From positions 1-64,000 of the forward strand of contig OZ025793.1 of assembly GCA_964019425.1 (NCBI GenBank): 64,000 nt of DNA, given 5' to 3'. This document shows, piece after piece, positions 10,236 through 19,765 of this stretch. The stretch is from Flectonema sp. DT1601 (lineage: Eukaryota). A model generated the notes under the pieces. That model was given only the letters and a program-made list of their open reading frames with translations. It did no database searches and had not been told where the DNA came from. The position numbers were made by a program, and so were the translations under genes. How positions within the stretch are numbered: the first letter of the stretch is position 1; each line of letters opens with the position of its first letter.

Positions 10236-11877
10236 CCACCACCACATCGCGAGTCAGAAAGGCCCTCACCGCAAGTTCAACTTCCCGCTGATGCTCCGAT
10301 GAGCCTATAACTCCTGGATCCACCCTCGATGGCAAGTCTGCTGGGTTCAGCGCCGACTTCACATAGGCAATACAGAAACTAACCTTTCTGTCTGCCAGCA
10401 CGTCGATGGCCTGCACGACCGCATCGTTCAGCCGTTGCGATCGGACTGACATCTTCTTCCGTGCCACGCCAATGACGGACGTGTTGTCGATCCAGATGGA
10501 CATCCGCTTGCCATCACAGCAAACCGGCATCCCCGAGACCGTGTTCCTGAACGCCATCCCCTCGAGAACATTGATGTGGAGCGACTGTTCCGAAGGACCC
10601 CACGCATCCCCCAAGACAGTAACCTCGGCCGTCCTGTCGTTCACAACCACTCCACCCCAACCTCTCAACGACGCATCCACGAACGTCGTGAACTCATCTT
10701 GAACTGGCTCCCGCGCAACCACCCTCCTCGTCACAGCGGCAGCCGACCAACTGCGCAACTCCATCGCGACCGAAACAGGGACCGACACTACATCATGCAC
10801 CTGCCTCACCCCGCGGTTCAAACCGTTCGACAATCTCCGCAAGAACTTCAAGGCATACCAGTATTTCCCCGGAGACGCCGCAGCGATCGCCGACGCATGC
10901 ATCAGCCTCCCAGCCATCGACTCCAACTGACTCGCCGTCACAGACGACAAGTCCACCGCCGCCAACTTCCGCCGGATCTTCGCTGACGGCATGACCGACG
11001 ACGCCTCGTGGTCAAAGTCCACACCCAAAAATGTGTACTTGCTCACCGCCGTATTCGAGTCAGACGGCTTCCATGTAAGACGGAAGTCCGCCGCCGCAGC
11101 ATCGAGATTCACCGTCGCCGCCAACACCGCGCCTTCCGTCCCCGTGTACCGAATGTTGTCGATGAACACGTCAACGCCAACATCCCTGGCAGCCCACTGA
11201 CGTCGCACGTAAGCTGGATCCCCCGCAGCCGCCGCTGCCAAAGAGTGCATCAGCTCCGGCGCGCAGACATGCCCCATCGGTAAACGGCACAGCTCGAACC
11301 ACTCACCCTCCGTCGTCTTGAATCGGAAGAGATCTCTCGCTTCCTCCGGGATTTCAATAGCATAAAAACCTGTCTTGAAATCCCGTGTCGAGCCAACCTC
11401 GGTCAGAACCCGATCCAAATATTTCGAGATGTGGAACAGCGGGACGTGAGCTTCGTAAGCTTCTTCGGCCCAACCATTCGCATCCCTCGTCCAAAGGATG
11501 AACCGCTGCCGCAGTCCCTCCGGCTTCTCCTCCACCACGGTGAATGGAACGTTCACCGCTCTCCCCGGTCCACTCGCAGCTCGCGCGACCCCGTTCCTCA
11601 GCAACTCCGCAGCGTGCCTCCCAGCGAAAGATGAAGTAGACGACGAGCGACTCAACTTCCCCACCTCCGGGTAAAAGGTCAAGTTCCACACCTGATCGAA
11701 CCTCTCCCTCGCAACATCAGTCATCCTACTTCTGAGTCCGTCAACATCCATCGTCTCAACGCCACTCACATGCAAAGGCGACGAACGTTCCTCCGCCGTC
11801 GACGGCAGTCTTGTCCGCTTGCCCCTCCTGATGATGCTGTGCGTCGTGCACGGAGACAGCCGCGCCACCGCTTCCAT
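10231..11877 (-). CDS. Reverse transcriptase-RNase H of the YR retrotransposon
   Basis: RT motifs DFKTGFYAI, LPMGHVCAP, FIDN and FLG. RNase H motifs FVDASLRGWG, HINVLE, WIDNT and YVKSALNPADLPSR. Start taken at the first Met after the YR ORF; the frame stays open up to 12963. Confidence 0.92.
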   Translation of the reverse strand: MEAVARLSPCTTHSIIRRGKRTRLPSTAEERSSPLHVSGVETMDVDGLRSRMTDVARERFDQVWNLTFYPEVGKLSRSSSTSSFAGRHAAELLRNGVARAASGPGRAVNVPFTVVEEKPEGLRQRFILWTRDANGWAEEAYEAHVPLFHISKYLDRVLTEVGSTRDFKTGFYAIEIPEEARDLFRFKTTEGEWFELCRLPMGHVCAPELMHSLAAAAAGDPAYVRRQWAARDVGVDVFIDNIRYTGTEGAVLAATVNLDAAAADFRLTWKPSDSNTAVSKYTFLGVDFDHEASSVMPSAKIRRKLAAVDLSSVTASQLESMAGRLMHASAIAAASPGKYWYALKFLRRLSNGLNRGVRQVHDVVSVPVSVAMELRSWSAAAVTRRVVAREPVQDEFTTFVDASLRGWGGVVVNDRTAEVTVLGDAWGPSEQSLHINVLEGMAFRNTVSGMPVCCDGKRMSIWIDNTSVIGVARKKMSVRSQRLNDAVVQAIDVLADRKVSFCIAYVKSALNPADLPSRVDPGVIGSSEHQREVELAVRAFLTRDVVVV

Positions 11878-11909
11878 CGCCTCACCTTCGTCGTCAACGT
11901 CCTCCGCAA

Positions 11910-12789
11910 CTACAGCAGGATGGTGACCTTCCACGTTTGCAGCGCTCGGGCGGTGTCCACGAAATCCGACGAATACCTGATCGTTGTTGCAGAGATGTTG
12001 GTTCCGTCTTCGGCGTGCTTCAACAGTCGTGATACCAGGTACCCTTCTGTGAGCCTTCCCTCGGCCATCGCTCGCATCAAAGCCGCGGCGGCGCCTCGTT
12101 TTATCGAGTGGCCCGTAAAACCCCGCATCCCCGGAGTCCCCCGCCACAACTCTGCCAACCGCTCGGTGGTGACATCCGTCAGCCGATCGAAAGGAGCCAG
12201 CTCCCGAAACAAGCTTGCGATCTCCCCGACCAGATCCCCCCGCAAGACCGCCCAACGGGACGGCACGAACGGGTTTGCTCTCCGGTGTTTTGGCGACGTC
12301 CCCCAGTCCACGATCACTTCCGCGTCCTCCACCAGAACGAAATGCGCCGACGTCAGCACGTGCACTTCTCCCCACCGGGAAGCCGACTTCCAACACACCA
12401 GCGCCGCGAGCCTCAAACGTCCCGTTAGACTTCTCGCCCAACCCAACAGCTGCTCCTTTGACATGGGAACTGCTTGCGAACGCGGAACGGCCGCCCCTTT
12501 TGCCCTCAGCGCGCTTGCCAGGCTGAGGAGCGGTTGGTTTTCCAGACCAAGGTGTCGGTAGATCCCGGACAGCGCCTTTGCGTATTGCAGCTGTCCCTGC
12601 GGTCTCACGTCTGTGGAGCACGAACAACGCAGCTGTTTCGGCAGACATTGGCAGACGCTGAGCCAACGCCCATTGTTCCAACCGACCCCAGAGGTTTCTG
12701 CGCTTCGACGAGGTTTCGTCCGCCCACATCGACGCGACGACCACCCCCAGGCGCTCCAACGCTGTGTCGTGGTCCACCCTTACTTCCAT
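11910..12789 (-). CDS. Tyrosine recombinase, frameshifted near 12615 between the N-terminal and catalytic parts
   Basis: The R..HxxR..H..Y pattern is present in ORF 11910-12608 (SASRWGE, GHSIKRGAA, RLLKH, TIRY). The N-terminal helical part (MWADETSSKRRNLWGRLEQW...AALFVL) is in the neighbouring frame. The start position is uncertain. Confidence 0.85.
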
Positions 12790-13044
12790 CGTGTCTCCAC
12801 GGTGTCGATCGTCCCTCCGGATGTGTTCGAGGACCACCTTCCCGAAAACCGACGGAACTTCCACCTGCGCAGCGCATCTTCGTTTTCGGAATCCCTCTTG
12901 CGTACTTGCGCAAGGTTCCGGTGCGACGACACTCGTTGACCCACGTCGCACTCCAGCTGGCACCGCGCCGACCAGGAGAGGCCGCGGCCCACTTGCCGCC
13001 CCTCCTCCCGCGACGCCCTCTACGGGTTTGTTTACGGCCAGGAT

Positions 13045-14856
13045 TCAATTCCCCCGACCACGCCCCCCGTTTTTTGGAAAGTGTTGTGGCTGCTGTCCGG
13101 TCGTTGTCGTCCCCCTCACCAAACCGGCTGGCCTGCTACCCTTCAACGCTACCTTCCTCGCCGCAGCGGTGGTGGGGTCCTCCCAGCTCTCAGCCAGCGC
13201 CTTCAGGTACAAGTCGCCACTCCTGCTCCCGTGCTCCCCCCGAATCAGTTGGAACTCCAGCATCTCGTGAAGCAACCCTAAGGTCACTTCCTCCCCACCG
13301 TTGATGGTCGCCTCCACCGTCTTCGCCAACAGACCTACCATCTGCTTCGCAACTTGCGAACCACCCTCTCCGAACTTCTCCGTGATCGCCCGCCGGAGGA
13401 GGGACATCTCCACGTCACCTCGCCCCCCGTAGCCAGCCCACAACGTATGCTGCGCCGCTGCCTGTTCCAATGGCACCTGCACCGCAGGCACCTCCGCATT
13501 CCAATGGGCCAACAGCCAACCTTCTTCTTTAAATTGTTCAGGCGTAAGCACAAAGAATGACTCCCGCCTACCAATCAATCCCAGGACCACCTCCCCGGTC
13601 ACACCGTCGAGATCCACCACGAATCCCTTGTCCGACCCGCGCTTCACCTTCGATCCCCTGCACATACCTGCCGGGAAAGCGACCACCTTCGTCTTCGGCA
13701 CTAGGTGGTGGAGCGTTGTCGCCATCTGCGATAACACCGTGCTCAGCCCGTCCTGCGCTGTCGGTGCTTGCCGTTGTTGAAGCAGCAGACCCTGCTGCTG
13801 TAGCGCCTGCTGCTGCAGCGCCTGCTGTTGTTGAGTCATCTGCTGTTGCTGTGCGTTCAGACTCTCCTCCAACCTCCGTTGTTCCTGTTGCTGAAACTTG
13901 TTCTGCTCCTGTTGCAGCAGCTGCTGCTGCTGAAGCTGCTGCTCGTTGCTCTTCGCTTGTTCCGCCAGCTTGTGCTGGTCCAGCTGGCGTTGCTGTTCCT
14001 GTTGTTGCACTTGTTGCTGCTTCAGCAGCTCGTCCCGAAGCCTTAACTGCTCCTCCAACTTCCGTTGATCCTCTTGGAACTGTTGTTGCTGAGCTTGCTG
14101 TTGTTGAATCTGCTTCTGTTGCTGTTCTTGTGCCAATTGACTCTGCAGTTCTTGCTTTTGTTGCTGCTGCTTCTGTAATTCCTGCTCCTCCTTCTGTTGG
14201 TCCAGCAGGTTTTGCTGCAGCTCGAGTCGCTGCCGCAACTCCTCCCGCTTCTGCTGCTCGGTCTTCAGCACCCCGTCCTGTCTGGCCTTTTCCTTCGCCA
14301 TCTGCATCACAGCCTCCCCGAGCTCCTCCTGCCTATCCGCTACGGAGTTGAAAGCCTCCTCGGCCGCACCTTCAACCATGGCGGTGTGTTCTTCCGCCTT
14401 CACCTGCCTCCGGGCTTGCTCGTTGATCACCTGGGCCACCCGGCTCACGGTGACCTCCAGGTTCTCCCCGGCCGTCGTGTGTTGTGCTTGGCGAGCAGCC
14501 AACTGCTCCGTCACCGATTGGTGGGCCACAGCCTGACCCTTCAGCTCCCGGTAGGCCATGCCTCCCGCGCGAGCCAACCCCTCCAAACTGGGGTTCGTTC
14601 CCGAAACCGGTTCCGCGAAAACCGGCGGTGGCACCTGTTCCATCGAGTCCACCTCCATCACCATGAGGGTCGACCTCCCCCCCGTCATCGGCGACGGAAC
14701 CGAGGGTGCCGAGCCCGTCATCGTCCCCAGCCTTCTCATCCTCTCCTTCACCGCATCGGCGTTGACCTCGACCAGGCCCGTCAACAGCACGAACACAGTC
14801 CGTGCCGACAGCGTTCTCGCCAACCCCACCGGGATGTCGAGACACAGAGCTAACAA
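13045..14856 (-). CDS. Gag-like ORF1 with a Q-rich coiled coil
   Basis: 603-codon ORF in the first position of the element, homologous to the sibling ORF at 8353-9169. There is no ATG at its 5' end and an in-frame TGA lies within the A1 boundary 11-mer. Confidence 0.75.
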   Translation of the reverse strand: MLALCLDIPVGLARTLSARTVFVLLTGLVEVNADAVKERMRRLGTMTGSAPSVPSPMTGGRSTLMVMEVDSMEQVPPPVFAEPVSGTNPSLEGLARAGGMAYRELKGQAVAHQSVTEQLAARQAQHTTAGENLEVTVSRVAQVINEQARRQVKAEEHTAMVEGAAEEAFNSVADRQEELGEAVMQMAKEKARQDGVLKTEQQKREELRQRLELQQNLLDQQKEEQELQKQQQQKQELQSQLAQEQQQKQIQQQQAQQQQFQEDQRKLEEQLRLRDELLKQQQVQQQEQQRQLDQHKLAEQAKSNEQQLQQQQLLQQEQNKFQQQEQRRLEESLNAQQQQMTQQQQALQQQALQQQGLLLQQRQAPTAQDGLSTVLSQMATTLHHLVPKTKVVAFPAGMCRGSKVKRGSDKGFVVDLDGVTGEVVLGLIGRRESFFVLTPEQFKEEGWLLAHWNAEVPAVQVPLEQAAAQHTLWAGYGGRGDVEMSLLRRAITEKFGEGGSQVAKQMVGLLAKTVEATINGGEEVTLGLLHEMLEFQLIRGEHGSRSGDLYLKALAESWEDPTTAAARKVALKGSRPAGLVRGTTTTGQQPQHFPKNGGRGRGN

Positions 14857-14892
14857 CTTGTCGTTGTCAGCTCTGCGGGATGAGTTACTGTC

Positions 14893-15130
14893 GCACCGTC
14901 ACAGGGGTAGGGCGGGTGGGAAAACGCTTTGCGTTAAGACCCTTCCTAGCCTGAATAAATGAGTACAATGAAATAATGATAAGAGAACAGTAAAATGATA
15001 AATCTGAAATAATAACAAGAGAACAAAAATGATACTTAAACAACATTTAATGTTGATCAATGAAAAGGAAAATATTATAAGAGTATATCGTACTTCACTT
15101 GCCTTTTGTGCAGTTCCCAGTCTGAGTGTT
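14893..15130 (-). repeat. Split direct repeat A1 (238 bp), the element's 5' terminus
   Basis: Appears identical to 9694-9931. Confidence 0.93.
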
Positions 15131-15173
15131 GGTTTGCGGGTTTGCGGGTTTGCGGGTTTGCGGGTTTGCGGGT
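15131..15173 (+). repeat. (GGGTTTGC)n tract of about 5 units, the innermost repeat tract
   Basis: Read directly from the sequence. Ends ...GCGGGT|GGTT. Confidence 0.97.
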
Positions 15174-15887
15174 GGTTAGCTGATGCTTTTGAGAAGTCAT
15201 CACCATAGACGTGAGTGTAAAATACTCGCCTGATCTCGCAGACGCCTCCTTTTTTAATTACCGGTATTGCTACTGGAACCGTGCCCTTTGTGAGCGGGAC
15301 TTTACTGATAGCAGCCCATCGGCCGCTCTTCTTCGTTTGGCGAAGCGCTTCAAAGTCTTGTTTTGAACGGACCAGAGGTAAGGTTGTTTGTAGCATTAGC
15401 TGCTACGTCGTAACTGATGGTGGCCACAGAGCCTGCCCACGCACCGTGAATGTGCCACTCTGGGTAGCTTGCTTTTGCTTTTCCCTTCGTGGTTTGATTG
15501 TCCTTCATTGCTGTTGGTATCGGCAATGAGAACGGCTTCGTACTCGTTTGTTGATTAGAAGCTGTAGATGCCCCTGCAGTTGGTTGGTTGACACCTGCGG
15601 TTGAGGGTGTCGTCGCTTCTGCTGCCGTCGTCACGGTTGCTTCCGTCCCACCACCCCCATCGAGTGTGTCCGGTCCCCTCCTCTTCATCTCCGGGTTCCC
15701 ATCTTCTGACCCAGCCACAAATTGAACGATCTCCATTAGGAGATTTGCCACCCTTCTTTCCTTCTCTTGCTCCAGGATCCCGTCTTCTCCCCATCTTCAG
15801 GAGGTTCATAGCCTCCGACACCAACCTCTTCAGGTTGTCTCTCATAATTACTTTTTCCTGTGAAACGTACCCACTGATTCTTCCCAA
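15174..15887 (-). pseudogene. Frameshifted coding-like remnant cut off by the repeat tract (possibly another element's ORF)
   Basis: Three overlapping minus-strand ORF pieces in a GC-richer block. The last piece (...FYTHVYGDDFSKASANH) reads directly into the repeat. No family recognised. Confidence 0.4.
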
Positions 15888-16047
15888 TTAGGTTGCGAAA
15901 TCAATAAAGTTTTCCCGTCATGTTGGGTTGTTTCGAGCGGTTAAAAATGTTGTGATGAGTTGGCGATTTCGCAAACTATTTTGTGGAATTAGGGGTTTTC
16001 CCTATTTATAAATAAAAATTGCAGAAAAGTAATAAAAAAAAAAATTT

Positions 16048-16118
16048 GCGATATCCCAGGTAGTGGTATAACTCTCGCCGGAGCTGGGTGATCGCTGGTT
16101 CGATCCCCTGCCACTGCA
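16048..16118 (+). pseudogene. tRNA-like (tRNA-Gly-like) degenerate sequence with Pol III A/B boxes
   Basis: AGTGGTATAACTCTCGCC ... GGTTCGATCCCCTGCCACTGCA resembles the D-arm and T-arm/acceptor of eukaryotic tRNA-Gly. The acceptor stem and anticodon arm do not pair properly. Confidence 0.55.
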
Positions 16119-17561
16119 ATAACCCATTGCGTCTGTACACGCAATTAGTTCAAATCCCGCACCCGAAGCGCAGAAAAATTAGTAATGGTGTTTTTTTTCT
16201 ACAACCTGTTTTTGACAACTAAAAAGACATCCGAAATATACCAAGTGTTCGATCAGATGTTCCCTGCCAATTGTAATTGTTCTGTGACTCCTGTAAAGTA
16301 AAATATATGTGAATTAATCTGTTGTATCATTATAATGGGATAGCAGCTGGTCATACCATGTGCAGCGATACGAAGCATAAAGAAACCTGTCAAAAGATGT
16401 TTTCAGGTTAATTAGTTAGAACGGGGAATAAAAAAAGAACATGCCAGAGCTACCTTGCATGTTGTGGATGTCTTTTAGTTGTGACATTGACTCTCTGAAG
16501 GATTTAATTATTTCTTCGAAATCATATTGCGATCCTTCTTATTCTTCTGCTGCTCTCATGTAATCCATAGTTAGTCAGTACCTCTGTAGAATAATATGAA
16601 ATAAATGTAATAACCTTCGACCGTAATAATCTTCTAAATCACCAAACCCATCCTTCATAGCATCATCTCCAATTTTGTCTCCGCAAGCCTGTTCTCTCAT
16701 TCTATCGGCATCACAGATCCCCTTAAATAAAACGAAAACCTGCAAAGTGAAAACAATAATTGCCTGCCAGCTCACTTTTAAATACAAAACTGACATTCGG
16801 AATGGTGTTCGAAAATTGGGAGGAACCGTTTTTAAACTGGATTATGTTAGAGCATTCTTGTGGGCAAGGTATCATTTTCCTTTTTTGTTCAGCTCATTCA
16901 GTTTCCAATGGAGTTGGAAACATGGTTTTCGCACCCACGCCATTCTCGTATCTTAAGATCATTTCAATAAGCTCCTTCACCAGTCGCGAAGAGTCCTAGC
17001 AATAAAAACACTCGCTAAAAACACCGAAAAAGAATGGAACAGAGCAAAGCAGCTCATCCCGATAAGACTCAACACCGGTGAAGGTCGGCTATTGGTGACG
17101 CACGCGGAATGGGGGATGCGAAACAACTTTTATATCACACACTCGAATATGTAACGCAAAAGCCATTTCAATGTATAAAGGATTCACGTGAGTGACCAGT
17201 ACCAAGTTAATAGGAAAGACTAACAGTCTCTCCCAATCTACTACGCAGTGAGCGAGATGATTTGGTATCTGCCAGTCAACGACCTTTAAGAATATTCCAC
17301 AATGCAACTGGTGTATTCTATTCCGTGTTGCCTTCTTTTTTTTTTTTTTTTTTTTATTATTCATTTGTGATTCTGTTCTTTATAACACAAAAACGGACGA
17401 CTACTGCTTGATCAATGTCATCCGTCAGTACAGTCTCATAGGAGAGAGCGTCTGTGCTAATCATTGACTTTTGCCTGATGTACCAGACAGCTTGTTGGCT
17501 GTTCTGATGGAGGGGGAGCGATATAAACAAATGGAGTTAACAATGGCGAATGAAGACTTTC

Positions 17562-18812
17562 TTACTGATTTTCTTTCATGAATTCGATCATAAACTTCTG
17601 AATTTCCTGAACGTGTTCAATCGGCTGAGGGTTGTACATGGTGACACGAATAGCGTCACTTGGAATACCAAGAGGATGGGATCTGATGTCCAACCATCCC
17701 ATCTTTGTTGAGGTCTCGTGAAGGAACTTGTTGACCAAGTTCTGGTTTCTCTCAGTTGTACCATCACCAATAGTGAATACAACTTGCATTCTTGATCTGT
17801 ATCTCTCGTCAGTTACGAAAGTGCGGTAGAATCCACTCGACTCATCGATGGTGTTGTACAACAAGTTTGATCTGCGAATGGCCAAGTCCTCAAAGTATGT
17901 AATTCCACCTCTCTCCTTCATCCAGTCAAGCATGAGTTCAGCAATCCAAACAGAAAGGATGACAGGTACGTTCCAAATCTTGTTTGGAGCATCGTTGAAT
18001 ACCTTCCATCTGCACATCGTTGGAGCGCAGGCCATAATAGTCTCGTCAGTAATCATATCCTTTCTAATAACTGCGAGACAGAATCCAGCGGTACTGAAGT
18101 TCTTGTGCGCGGCAGCGTAAATCATGTCGTACTTCGAAAAGTCAACTGGCTTCGATCCCAAGTCAGCAGACTGGTCAGAAATAAGTCTCATACCCTCTGG
18201 GACAATCTCGTATGGGAAATTAATAAATTCAAATCCTTGTCTGGTGTCAGCTGATGTGTAGTGCATGTAGACACCCTCCTTGTTGATTTGCCAATCCTTT
18301 GCTTCAGGGACAGTAAAGTACAGTCCGGTAGGATCGTAAGCAACCTGGTTGACTTTGCAGTAAAGCTCAGCTTCTCTCACGGCCTTCTCAGACCAGTGAC
18401 CGCTCATTACGTAGTTGGCGACCTTTGGTCTTGTTGGGTTTGTTGGCTGCGCACCACCCATCAAGTTCAATGGAATGGCTGAAAACTGAAGAGTTGCACC
18501 TCCGTTGAAGAAGAAAATCTCGTGAGTGTCTGGAATGTTGAGCATTTCCTTGAACTTATCCTCAGTGGACTGCTGAATCTCGTGAAACCAGCTGGTTCTG
18601 TATCCCATCTCAGCAACAGAGATGCCCTTGTTATTCCAGGTAAAGAATTCTTTCTGTGCTCTCTGCAACACCTCAACTGGAAGTGCAGCGTTTCCTGCCG
18701 CCAAGTTCATAACTCTACCAGTTGATTGTACGGTTTGGTAATTAGTTTCTAAAGGAGCATCTGCAACCTTTGAGACTAATCTTCTTCCTGCGAATCTTGC
18801 TGTCTTCATCAT
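17562..18812 (-). CDS. serC: Phosphoserine aminotransferase (class V PLP enzyme), possible mitochondrial presequence
   Basis: Motifs NLAAGNAALP, GGATLQFSAIPLNL, GHWSEKA, AAAHKNF (PLP lysine), YRSRMQVVF and IRVTMYN. Arg-rich N-terminus MMKTARFAGRRL. Intronless, 416 aa. Confidence 0.9.
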   Translation of the reverse strand: MMKTARFAGRRLVSKVADAPLETNYQTVQSTGRVMNLAAGNAALPVEVLQRAQKEFFTWNNKGISVAEMGYRTSWFHEIQQSTEDKFKEMLNIPDTHEIFFFNGGATLQFSAIPLNLMGGAQPTNPTRPKVANYVMSGHWSEKAVREAELYCKVNQVAYDPTGLYFTVPEAKDWQINKEGVYMHYTSADTRQGFEFINFPYEIVPEGMRLISDQSADLGSKPVDFSKYDMIYAAAHKNFSTAGFCLAVIRKDMITDETIMACAPTMCRWKVFNDAPNKIWNVPVILSVWIAELMLDWMKERGGITYFEDLAIRRSNLLYNTIDESSGFYRTFVTDERYRSRMQVVFTIGDGTTERNQNLVNKFLHETSTKMGWLDIRSHPLGIPSDAIRVTMYNPQPIEHVQEIQKFMIEFMKENQ

Positions 18813-19732
18813 CGTTATAAACTGTTGTTTGATTTTTAACGTAACGAATATTAACTGAAGGGGGGAAATTTGATACTATACGAAAAGATTTATCTGGGAA
18901 GAATACTGCAGGTCTTTGCACAAAATATAAAAGTACTGTCACCATGAAACAGGAGGCGTTGAACATTTGCCTGGTTTCTTTGGTGGAGGCCACGTGAACG
19001 TAGTTGAGCACCTCTTGCCTACCGTACGCTACCGTAAAAAACAACTGTAAATTAAAATAAATGTGAAAAAAATAAAGTAAAATCAAACGTCAACAGGACG
19101 AACCCGACGTAAGGCTTTCCTAGACTACTCGAGTCTTCAGCGGTGAAGGGGGTTGATGAGAGTTCACAATGTTGATATTTACAAAATCAGCATACAAAGA
19201 TCATCAGATGATATCTTCCTTGTAAAGAATGCTGTTTCAGGATCGAGAGATTCTTTTTGATGTACACCACGAGCTGTGAATCCTGTTTAGCAAAATAGAA
19301 CTTAAAATGAATAACTAAAACTTCATTAAAAAATAGTTTTTTTTTTTTTTTTTTCCCACCTTCCGTCCATACCGTTAAAAAATAAAGACAACTCGTTGAG
19401 TTGCCGGTGAACTATTTGTATATTTATCCTTCCAAACTAAAACAAGACAATAGAATAAAATAAAATAAAACGCGACTGATGCTCAGGAGAAGCGAAAGCA
19501 GGTTTATATATTTGGTTACCTTCTTTCAATTTCGATCTGATATCACAGCGTCTCAACACATTTATAATTTATAACAAAATATATATTTTTTGTTTGATTT
19601 ATAGCAGTCAGGGAAGTCAGGTTTCATAAAATGCTCAATGGGGTGTAGACTCAACGATGTTTAATTGCGTCACAGCAATGAGTGGAAACTGTCCTGTCGT
19701 AAACTCTCTCAAAAAGGAATAACATTTTCCAC

Positions 19733-19765
<33 letters not shown>

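Larger units (their letters stand above)
9401..15130 (-). mobile_element. TATE/VIPER-like (DIRS-order) tyrosine-recombinase retrotransposon, 5,730 bp, inserted in the GGGTTTGC repeats
   Basis: ORF order gag, YR, RT/RNase H, as in trypanosomatid TATE/VIPER. Split direct repeats A1-ORFs-B1-A2-B2. Repeat tracts on both sides with no target-site duplication. Confidence 0.92.

Noticed and set aside
12271..12278. Single GGGTTTGC inside the YR gene (and a reverse-strand copy near 9133)
   Set aside because: Isolated 8-mers within coding sequence are expected by chance.
10406..14962. Many plus-strand ORFs across the transposon
   Set aside because: Antisense shadows of GC-rich coding sequence with no recognisable motifs.
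9321..15173. CRISPR array, or an LTR retrotransposon with paired LTRs
   Set aside because: There is no repeat-spacer periodicity or cas gene, and no integrase, TG..CA ends or target-site duplication. The A..B-A-B order plus YR fits a DIRS-order element.
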